Made by a program: the position numbers and the translations under genes. Shown in pieces: positions 1 to 7,221 of a stretch of DNA of 20,000 nucleotides. Under the pieces are notes generated by a model. The model had not been told where the DNA came from. It ran no database searches and was given only the letters and a program-made list of their open reading frames with translations. How positions within the stretch are numbered: position 1 is the stretch's first letter; each line of letters opens with the position of its first letter. Source of the stretch: an uncultured virus (IMG/VR IMGVR_UViG_3300024268_004105) (taxonomy: Duplodnaviria > Heunggongvirae > Uroviricota > Caudoviricetes); IMG/VR virus record IMGVR_UViG_3300024268_004105; one strand, given 5' to 3'.

Positions 1-890
1 TGATCAAAATCATATATCGGAGATAACTTCAACGCTCCTAAATCAACACCATTATAGTTATATATTACACCCCAATTCCTTGGGTGTCTATCAATGTTAC
101 CAACAAGATAATCACCAACAACCATGCACTCCAGACTTTCTCGATATAACAGATCTAAATAATAAGAGAATGAATCATCTTTATTCATTAAATAAATAGA
201 ATAATAGTCAGCTTTTACCATATTAAAGGTTTCATTTGTAAAACATTTACATACAGAAACCTCTGTATCATTAAATACATCTTTTTCATATTTAACAACA
301 TAATCTCCGAATATTTTATGTAAAATATCTGAAGCTTCTGTTTCTTTGGTGACACCATCATTACCACCATCAGCCTTTAATAAGTAAAAATCATTACCCT
401 GTCTCTTCCATGCTTTAGCTGCCTTGCCATCTGTATTAATGTCCGGAGAAATACTTTCTCTGTTAATTGTTAACCCTTTTCCTGTAAGTGGTAACTCAAA
501 TACAGCATTATCAAGGCTATTAGTAAACAAATTTACATCTTCCCATTTCAATGTTTCATCTTTATCCTTGACCCAAAAACAATCATTAAGGGATACACAA
601 CGTGTTGTTAAGCCAATATTAGCTCTTTCGCTTAGTGCCGGAGTATTATCATATTCATAAAATGCCAAGATTTCTTTCGCATATTTACGATCTAAAGGTA
701 TTATTCTCTCACTGCACCAACAGTTGAAATTAACAATATTGTTTGCTCTATCATCAATATCATCGCTCTCTTCCACGTAAATATCCATTGGTAAGATATT
801 ATTATTATTTATAACTACTTTTCCACCACTATTTATTGAAAACGCTAAATTGTTTTTATAATATATTTCGTATGTTTTACCTTTAACCAT
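1..890 (-). CDS. HipA-like (HipA_C/PI3-4-kinase-like fold) Ser/Thr kinase, 3' end outside the window
   Basis: Manual translation from ATG 890 (RBS GGAGG at 896-900) stays open for 296 codons: MVKGKTYEIY...SPDINTDGKAAKAW...YLLK...DYLVGNIDRHPRNWG...LSPIYDFD. It contains the HipA-type DxxxGNxDRHxxN and (A/S)PxYD motifs. Confidence 0.85.
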   Translation of the reverse strand, partial: MVKGKTYEIYYKNNLAFSINSGGKVVINNNNILPMDIYVEESDDIDDRANNIVNFNCWCSERIIPLDRKYAKEILAFYEYDNTPALSERANIGLTTRCVSLNDCFWVKDKDETLKWEDVNLFTNSLDNAVFELPLTGKGLTINRESISPDINTDGKAAKAWKRQGNDFYLLKADGGNDGVTKETEASDILHKIFGDYVVKYEKDVFNDTEVSVCKCFTNETFNMVKADYYSIYLMNKDDSFSYYLDLLYRESLECMVVGDYLVGNIDRHPRNWGVIYNYNGVDLGALKLSPIYDFD

Positions 891-911
891 ATAAACCTCC
901 TTTTTATTAAA

Positions 912-944
912 TTATAACTTCGGACACCGTGTCCGAAGTTATAA
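912..944. promoter_or_regulatory. Perfect 33-bp palindrome, candidate parS or operator (copy 1)
   Basis: TTATAACTTCGGACAC-C-GTGTCCGAAGTTATAA with 16-bp arms. The core recurs at 1728-1752. The function is inferred. Confidence 0.6.
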
Positions 945-985
945 AACCATATTATTCATAATTAACAGCTCTATTTTTAATAATT

Positions 986-994
986 ATTATACCA
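986..994 (-). promoter_or_regulatory. Extended -10 promoter element for the hipA-like gene
   Basis: The minus strand reads TGGTATAAT (TGn-TATAAT) about 95 nt upstream of the ATG. No good -35 is present. Confidence 0.5.
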
Positions 995-1031
995 TATAAA
1001 AAAAGAAAAACGACTATCTTGCTTTATTACT

Positions 1032-2075
1032 CTATACTTGCTCTTCAGAATATACTTGTTTGATGTCATTTGAATAAATAAAACAATCAAAATAATCCAG
1101 GGAATTATCTTCCCTTAATTTTAACAGAAGATCGTTATAATCTTTAACCTCCTTTGTTAGAGGTTCCAATACGTTATCAATATGCATTCTATAACAATTA
1201 TTCTTATATCTATTATAAATATCGTCTGATGCTTTTAGACCTGCATCATCCATATCTAGATGTAAATATAAAGTAGAAATGTTATATTCATTTATATAAG
1301 TATCTATCGCACCATAACAATTTGTTCCGCCCATAGCAAGACCATTAAAATCTTTTATATAATCATAGTCTAGAATTTCATTCCACATAGTTATATAACT
1401 CATCATATCAATAACAGATTCAAATATATGGACTACTCCATTTTCTGAATTATGAAGACTTACACCATAGTGATCTTTATCAGAGCCTTCAACATCACCT
1501 CTATATGCTTTATCATGATAAGAATTAGTTCCATGCTTTGTAGCATATTTTAGTTTTTTATCTTTATCATATCCTAAAAATACAAGATTATGATGCTCTA
1601 TGTCTTCATACAAAAGTTTGTTATCAACAAAATATTGAACAACATCCTGTGATATACCTCTCGTCTTTATCAAATAAGCAAAGGCTCTTTTATAGTCATT
1701 GTTTTTTTCTGGAAGCTCAATACCACTAACTTCGGACACGGTGTCCGAAGTTTTATTAGTTGTATTTATAGTTTGAATTTCTTTTCTCTCAAAATAAAGA
1801 TTCTGAAATTCTAAAAGAAATTCTATGCAGGACGGAACATCATCATATCCGCAATACTCAAGCATAAAATCTATAACAGTTCCACCAGTAGCTCCTTTAT
1901 TGCTCTTTCCGGAGAATCTATAAAAGGTTTTATCATTATAAATTCTTATAGAATCCATTTCTTTCAAAGAATAATAATGACCTATACGAGTTACTCTAAA
2001 TCCAAAATATTGACAAATATCAATAAATGACACATCTAACGCCCTTTTTCTGTCATATTGTGTATATCTATTCAT
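1032..2075 (-). CDS. DUF3991/Toprim domain primase-like protein
   Basis: N-terminal primase-like region (GGTVIDF), YLIKTRGI and NLVFLGYD (DUF3991-like), and Toprim motifs IFESVID and LHLDMDDAG with KDYND. Confidence 0.8.
   Translation of the reverse strand: MNRYTQYDRKRALDVSFIDICQYFGFRVTRIGHYYSLKEMDSIRIYNDKTFYRFSGKSNKGATGGTVIDFMLEYCGYDDVPSCIEFLLEFQNLYFERKEIQTINTTNKTSDTVSEVSGIELPEKNNDYKRAFAYLIKTRGISQDVVQYFVDNKLLYEDIEHHNLVFLGYDKDKKLKYATKHGTNSYHDKAYRGDVEGSDKDHYGVSLHNSENGVVHIFESVIDMMSYITMWNEILDYDYIKDFNGLAMGGTNCYGAIDTYINEYNISTLYLHLDMDDAGLKASDDIYNRYKNNCYRMHIDNVLEPLTKEVKDYNDLLLKLREDNSLDYFDCFIYSNDIKQVYSEEQV
1728..1752. promoter_or_regulatory. Palindrome copy 2 inside the primase gene, candidate parS
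   Basis: AACTTCGGACAC-G-GTGTCCGAAGTT, encoding TSDTVSEV in an interdomain linker. Confidence 0.6.
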
Positions 2076-2122
2076 GTGATACTCCTTAATTTCTAAATTT
2101 ATATATACAACCTTTATGTATT

Positions 2123-3187
2123 CTACGATGTGTTTATAGTTTCAAAAATTTTAAAAAAATCATTAGAATAGTGTCTTTCTTCAAAATTTTTAAAAGAATT
2201 AGAATTACTATTTTTTGTTTTATTTGTTATTGTTTTTTTATTGATATACTTATGCGAATTTAACAATGCTATCTTTATAAGATTATCAGAAACAACTTCA
2301 CAATTGGATAAATAATCTATTACCTGAATAAAATTTGATTTATCCAATGATGCTAACAAATTCATAACAGTATCCTTAGAATAAATATTTTGGTTAATTC
2401 TATAGATTTCTTTGTACGACATAAGTTCTGATATATCCAAAAGCTCCTGGAACACTTTAAAAACATTTTCAATTAATTCAAAAAAATCTTCATCGGGTTC
2501 TTCCCTATTATTTTTATAATAATTAAATATATATTCCTTAATATTTAATATTCCTTCGGGGGTCTGTGTGACCACCCCAGGGGGGTCTGTGTGAACCCGG
2601 GTCTGTGTGACCACCCCTATATCTTGGGTGGTCTGTGTGACTACACTAGATGTTGTGGTTTGTGTGTTTTTATCTGTAGAGGGGTGCTCTGTGTGACCAC
2701 CCCCTATATTTTGGGTGGTCTGTGTGACTACACTAGATGTTGTGGTTTGTTCATTTTTTTGAGCAATATCATCATTATCGTTTTTCTCAATTTCAAGAGA
2801 CTCAGGAGTGTCTTTTGGAAGATCTGTATCTTTAATATTACCTAACTCAACATTTTTTATCATAATACTGTCATTAGGTTCAGAATAGATAACATACCTA
2901 TTACTACCCTTTCCCTCTAAACTAGAATATTTAAGGATCAGACCGGCAATCATTAACTCTTTGATTGCTCTTTTAACAGTTGCTGACGAGATTCCGCATT
3001 TTTCTGCGATTTTTTTATAAGATGGAAAACAAATATTATCAGAATCAGCACATCGGCATAAATACATATATAGACATTTAGCATGACAACTAATATCCAA
3101 ATCAAATATCATGTCATAAGAATAAAAGAAATTCTTTCTAGTTTTATCTATTTCAATAGTATCTCTAATTATATCGTTTTTATTCAT
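2123..3187 (-). CDS. Replication initiator protein with N-terminal winged HTH (HTH_36-like)
   Basis: AKCLYMYLCR...CFPSYKKIAEKCGISSATVKRAIKEL...G, then a repeat-encoded linker and a C-terminal FKNFEERHY motif typical of phage replisome organisers. It lies next to the primase. Confidence 0.8.
   Translation of the reverse strand: MNKNDIIRDTIEIDKTRKNFFYSYDMIFDLDISCHAKCLYMYLCRCADSDNICFPSYKKIAEKCGISSATVKRAIKELMIAGLILKYSSLEGKGSNRYVIYSEPNDSIMIKNVELGNIKDTDLPKDTPESLEIEKNDNDDIAQKNEQTTTSSVVTQTTQNIGGGHTEHPSTDKNTQTTTSSVVTQTTQDIGVVTQTRVHTDPPGVVTQTPEGILNIKEYIFNYYKNNREEPDEDFFELIENVFKVFQELLDISELMSYKEIYRINQNIYSKDTVMNLLASLDKSNFIQVIDYLSNCEVVSDNLIKIALLNSHKYINKKTITNKTKNSNSNSFKNFEERHYSNDFFKIFETINTS
2561..2750. repeat. 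Iteron array, putative replication origin within the initiator gene
   Basis: G(G/C)TCTGTGTGA at 2561, 2584, 2600, 2630, 2686 and 2717, with a degenerate copy at 2657 and an AT-rich tract at ~2505-2552. Confidence 0.75.
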
Positions 3188-3237
3188 ATATGTACCTCTC
3201 CTAATTATATGGTTTTATGAATAATAAAATCATAAAC

Positions 3238-3474
3238 CTAAATACTCCGTTTATCTAAGTTCTTCTTCTCCAAATCTGTTAATTGAATTGGCAAAATACT
3301 CAAAATAGTGCCATATTTCTTTACTAATTCCTTCTCCTGATCTAGTGTCTGCGGTGGTAATGTCTTTTTTTTGCCGTTTTGAAAACAATAGACTAGTGCA
3401 TCGACAAAAGATGCGTTATTTTTTTCATAGACAGTTTCCATTACGTCCAGGTGTTTATCATTCATTCCATTCAT
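3238..3474 (-). CDS. Hypothetical protein (78 aa)
   Basis: ORF with AAGGAG RBS before ATG 3474; start revised from 3525. Confidence 0.55.
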   Translation of the reverse strand: MNGMNDKHLDVMETVYEKNNASFVDALVYCFQNGKKKTLPPQTLDQEKELVKKYGTILSILPIQLTDLEKKNLDKRSI

Positions 3475-3521
3475 AATTAGCTCCTTTAAGGTCTTCCATG
3501 TAGTTAACAAATTTTTATAGA

Positions 3522-3680
3522 TCAAAATCCAAAAATATCATACATTCTTCTATAATATGCTTCGTTAGCTTGCATTCTTCTTATTTGATTCAATATTTTT
3601 GCCTCTTCTTTTTTTCGTAAGGGCTTATTACTCGGCGGACAATAAGTACAAGCTTTTATTTTCTTTTTATGCTTCTTCAT
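3522..3680 (-). CDS. Small basic hypothetical protein (52 aa), not in the ORF track
   Basis: MKKHKKKIKACTYCPPSNKPLRKKEEAKILNQIRRMQANEAYYRRMYDIFGF with an AAGGAG RBS upstream. Confidence 0.5.
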   Translation of the reverse strand: MKKHKKKIKACTYCPPSNKPLRKKEEAKILNQIRRMQANEAYYRRMYDIFGF

Positions 3681-3849
3681 ATAACATCATCTCCTTCACC
3701 ATCGCTAGAATCTATATTCATATTAATTCCTTTCTAATGTGTATTCATTTCCATACTAACTTGTGTCTACTTTAATTACTTGTGTCTCATCTATGTATAA
3801 CCCTTAATCCTGCACTCATATTTACAATCGTAAAACTATAATAAGCCTT

Positions 3850-4288
3850 TTAATTGTTGCATTTAGCACCCCTAAATATTACAATCATGCTTGGAAAAGG
3901 AGCTGCATTTTTTGACTCTCCAAATTTTATTCTTCCCTTTACAAACCTAATTTCTGCTCGCTGATAAATAAAATCATGAAAATATCTTGTATCCGTTCTG
4001 CTTGGAATTAGCATTACTACTAAAGTATTTTCTTCTTTTGTCGAGTAAAAAGCTTTTTCCACCCATTTACCAATTTGGCTGTAAGGCGGATTGCAAAATA
4101 CTCTACACCCCCCCCCATTTTTGTGTAAGACCATCTTGATGCATAGTATAATACTTATTACATTTATGATTTTCATCTGTTGCACAAGGATCTAAATCAA
4201 ATTTGAATTCACTATTTAATTCATCAAAAAGTTCTTGAGGTGTTGCGTATTCGTCACTATTACTTGAAAACATTAACTTAGTATTCAT
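3850..4288 (-). pseudogene. Phage-type DNA N6-adenine methyltransferase, frameshifted at a G9 tract
   Basis: The N-half (SDEYATPQELFDELNSEFKFDLDPCA) and C-half (VFCNPPY...LIPSRTDTRYFH...GRIKF...APFPS) are in different frames, joined at C9 4108-4116. G8 would give a 145-aa ORF. Confidence 0.85.
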
Positions 4289-4347
4289 TATTTTCACTCC
4301 TATTTGTCTTATCTTTTTCCCATTTTCTACTACTATTAGACCACTTT

Positions 4348-4767
4348 TTATGTCTCATCCTTATCTGTGTACACATAACAATCCCTCACAACATAGAACG
4401 GTCCAGTATAACATCTTATTGATGCCACATAGTTGTTCTTACCATTGTCATCATATACTTTAGGAAGCAGATCAATATCTTTTTCTATTACTTCTCCATC
4501 ATCATTTTTATAAGTTATAGAACCGATATCGGTTGATTGAGCTACCGTATCGTAAACGTATTCCTGCTCTGTAACATCTGGCTTTGCGAACTTAAAAATA
4601 ACCACAGGAAAAAAAGCAAGTAAACCAGCTAACACAAAGAAAATTCTTGAAAGTACACACTTTGCTTTGTAATTTTTGTATTCAAGAAATCGTAAATGCC
4701 CCAATGTAATTGAAGTTACAAATAAAACAACTGCTCCTAATAAATAACAAAATAAATTAACTTCCAT
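4348..4767 (-). CDS. Two-TM membrane protein, paralogue of 6693-7166
   Basis: Two hydrophobic segments and a C-terminal YVAxxxCYxGPFYxxRDCYVY. GGAGG RBS precedes ATG 4767. Confidence 0.65.
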   Translation of the reverse strand: MEVNLFCYLLGAVVLFVTSITLGHLRFLEYKNYKAKCVLSRIFFVLAGLLAFFPVVIFKFAKPDVTEQEYVYDTVAQSTDIGSITYKNDDGEVIEKDIDLLPKVYDDNGKNNYVASIRCYTGPFYVVRDCYVYTDKDET

Positions 4768-4827
4768 ACTTTCACCTCCAACTTTTTTCTGATAAGTCTT
4801 TTTCAAAAACTCTTATATCTTTATTCT

Positions 4828-5325
4828 TTATTCCTTTTCTACTTTGTGATAACTGTATGCTGTGCTTTGAGCTGAAAAATTATTAGAATTATTGAATTTA
4901 TCAAAATGCTCTTTAATAAATTTTATAAAGCAAGATTCGCTAACGCATTGTGCTTCTGCATTATATTTATTTGTAGCCTGTCTTATATCTATTGTGTAAT
5001 CAACAATTTTCCCAGCAATATCAAGCCCTGTTTTTGATTTGAATTGCGTAATTGCTTTTATATTTGGGATGAGAAGTACACCTGTATCGGCGTTTACAGT
5101 AGCATAATACATATTTGCATACTGCGAGTTTTCTATGAACTTGCCCTCTAATTTATTGACGGGATATATTGGTTCTCTTGTATCTTGTTTTACACCAATA
5201 GTCGCAATAAATATAGACGCTCCAACTACTATTCCACTACACTTTTTGCCGGTAATATCGGTAAATTCAGCCTCAAACTCGTCAGCTACGAAGAACCTAT
5301 CAAATGAGTTGTAATATTTTTCCAT
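4828..5325 (-). CDS. Hypothetical protein
   Basis: 165-aa ORF with AAGGAG RBS, co-directional in the operon. Confidence 0.6.
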   Translation of the reverse strand: MEKYYNSFDRFFVADEFEAEFTDITGKKCSGIVVGASIFIATIGVKQDTREPIYPVNKLEGKFIENSQYANMYYATVNADTGVLLIPNIKAITQFKSKTGLDIAGKIVDYTIDIRQATNKYNAEAQCVSESCFIKFIKEHFDKFNNSNNFSAQSTAYSYHKVEKE

Positions 5326-5370
5326 TATTATCTCCTTTAATTATTATTTTTATTACATGAATGAACTATA

Positions 5371-5820
5371 TTAAGAATGTAACCAATAATTAGTGCAATT
5401 ATAAACATCACAAGCTACTTTGAAACCATATTTTGAAGCTATTTCTTTTGCACGACTTTTAAATTGGTTTTCAGTATTACCATAAGTTTTTGATAATAGT
5501 TTATAATCCTCATCAGATATACTTTTATTATGTTGTATATATGCTTCTGTAATATTTCTTGCATCAAAAGTAAAATATACACATCCAGAATATAATTGGT
5601 ACTGAGGTATGGGTTCATTTACAACTTGCGGGTCATAAAATAAAAGAAATCCTTTATTCATATCATTGTCTGAAACAAATTCCCATATACAATCTTCTGC
5701 CGAAAAAAACGAAAAAGAACTTATATCGAAGCCATCTTCTTTTATAAAAGTGGCTATTTTGTCTATTATATATATTTTATCTTCATAAAAATCGTCATTA
5801 TATAAATCACTTATATTCAT
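5371..5820 (-). CDS. Hypothetical protein
   Basis: ORF with likely start ATG 5820, which avoids overlap with the upstream gene. Confidence 0.55.
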   Translation of the reverse strand: MNISDLYNDDFYEDKIYIIDKIATFIKEDGFDISSFSFFSAEDCIWEFVSDNDMNKGFLLFYDPQVVNEPIPQYQLYSGCVYFTFDARNITEAYIQHNKSISDEDYKLLSKTYGNTENQFKSRAKEIASKYGFKVACDVYNCTNYWLHS

Positions 5821-5845
5821 AATTAAAACCTTCTTTACGCTAATA

Positions 5846-6058
5846 TTATTTATGTGCCTTTTTAATTCTTTCTTCGATTTCATCAACAACATTCTGGGGT
5901 TCCAGATATATTAAGCAACTTGAAGTTTTGTATTCATCACTAACATCAATGTTGTTTTTTTCTAACCAATTATCTATGTCTGTAGTTAAAACCATTATTT
6001 CGATTGCTAATTCAGCTCTTCTTTCCAGTTTTTCATGGATTTGTTTTGGTACCTTCAT
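5846..6058 (-). CDS. Hypothetical phage-type protein
   Basis: 70-aa ORF with AAGGAG RBS. Confidence 0.6.
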   Translation of the reverse strand: MKVPKQIHEKLERRAELAIEIMVLTTDIDNWLEKNNIDVSDEYKTSSCLIYLEPQNVVDEIEERIKKAHK

Positions 6059-6072
6059 TTTACTTATCTCCT

Positions 6073-6681
6073 TTAATACGGATATTCATGTGTAGTATTA
6101 AACTTATGGTTAAACTCTTCGAGCCTTTTTCTATCGTAATCCTTAACGAGTTGTAAGAATTTCTTGGCATCTTTTTTATTCCGAAACATATACTCTGAAA
6201 CTCTGCGATATTCAAAAATCTTTTCTACCTCGGATGCCAAATCGTCAAGATTTGCGTCAATATAATTTGTTTTGTATATTGGGATTTGTTCTTTAATGTA
6301 ATCCCCTTTGCACCTGCCATACTTGTGAAAAGCCATCAAGACGATAGAAATTGCAAAATCTTTTTTAATAGAAGAAACTACTGCTTCGTTCTGAAGTGCA
6401 GCTTCATGTACTATATATTCATGAACTTCCCAATTTGTAACACTAATAGAATCCATTGCAGACTGGAAATAATAGGTTTTTTTATTATCTACGCAAACCG
6501 GACAATCAACTTCATACTCTGTACCATTTACTCCTTTTGCCTTAATGGTTCTCTTGTTTTGACAACAAGGACAAGTTGCATTAAATCGAACTTCAGCATT
6601 AGTAAATGGACGCCCAACCTTATAGAATTTATCTCCAATCCAAAAAGGTAATTCTTTGTCTGTTTTTATTGTATATTCCAT
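6073..6681 (-). CDS. Hypothetical protein with CxxC...CxxC zinc-binding motif
   Basis: CPCC-x19-CPVC motif and AAGGAG RBS. Confidence 0.65.
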   Translation of the reverse strand: MEYTIKTDKELPFWIGDKFYKVGRPFTNAEVRFNATCPCCQNKRTIKAKGVNGTEYEVDCPVCVDNKKTYYFQSAMDSISVTNWEVHEYIVHEAALQNEAVVSSIKKDFAISIVLMAFHKYGRCKGDYIKEQIPIYKTNYIDANLDDLASEVEKIFEYRRVSEYMFRNKKDAKKFLQLVKDYDRKRLEEFNHKFNTTHEYPY

Positions 6682-6692
6682 ATTATTTCTCC

Positions 6693-7166
6693 TTATGTGT
6701 TTCCTTGTTGCGTTTTATTTCCATAAACATAGCAGTCTCGTGAAGTATAAAATGGTCCGAAGTAACATTTTAACCTTGCGACATAATCCACATCACTGTT
6801 TAAATCATAAGCTTTAGGCATTCTACTTATTTTTACTTCAATAGTTTTTTTCCTATCGGAATAAGTAATTCCATCGTTATCATCTGGGTCTTCAAAATGT
6901 TTTAAAAAAATAGCTGCGTCGTGATATTGTTCAGTACGGGCAATTGTTTTGTAAGTTTCTTCTTTTTCGTTAATATTTGGTTTTCCGTGTTCGAAAACAA
7001 CAAACCCTATTCCTATTATGGCAACCATTAAGATTGTCAATGTAATAGTGGTAATATTCGAAAAACGAAATAGTTTAGGATTTGCGTCGCAAAATAGCCG
7101 AATACCAATTATGATCGCCAAGATAGCAATAAATAACGTTAATGCTGTGTCTAAACTAAATTCCAT
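6693..7166 (-). CDS. Two-TM membrane protein, paralogue of 4348-4767
   Basis: Two hydrophobic segments and C-terminal YVARLKCYFGPFYTSRDCYVY. Confidence 0.65.
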   Translation of the reverse strand: MEFSLDTALTLFIAILAIIIGIRLFCDANPKLFRFSNITTITLTILMVAIIGIGFVVFEHGKPNINEKEETYKTIARTEQYHDAAIFLKHFEDPDDNDGITYSDRKKTIEVKISRMPKAYDLNSDVDYVARLKCYFGPFYTSRDCYVYGNKTQQGNT

Positions 7167-7194
7167 ATGATTTTCCCCTTATATCTATAGTAAA
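7164..7194. repeat. Imperfect direct repeat copy 1 (partner 8716-8748) flanking the C5-MTase
   Basis: CATATGATTTTCCCCTTATATCTATAGTAAA versus CATATGATTTTCTCCTTATATATCTGTAGTAAA. Confidence 0.75.
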
Positions 7195-7221
7195 GTGCTG
7201 TTTATTCGAACCACAAAACAT

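Noticed and set aside
424..660. + strand 78-aa ORF
   Set aside because: It is antisense to the HipA-like kinase, which has motifs and an RBS.
914..942. loxP-like site (shares outer ATAACTTCG...CGAAGTTAT)
   Set aside because: It is 29 bp with a 1-bp centre rather than 13-bp arms around an 8-bp asymmetric spacer, so the geometry does not fit a Cre-type crossover site.
2561..2845. Repeats as CRISPR or DGR template; + strand ORF 2591-2845
   Set aside because: The units are short and irregularly spaced, no cas or reverse transcriptase gene is in the window, and the ORF is antisense to the initiator.
3759..3787. ACTTGTGTCT direct repeat, two copies
   Set aside because: It is too short and has too few copies to assign a function.
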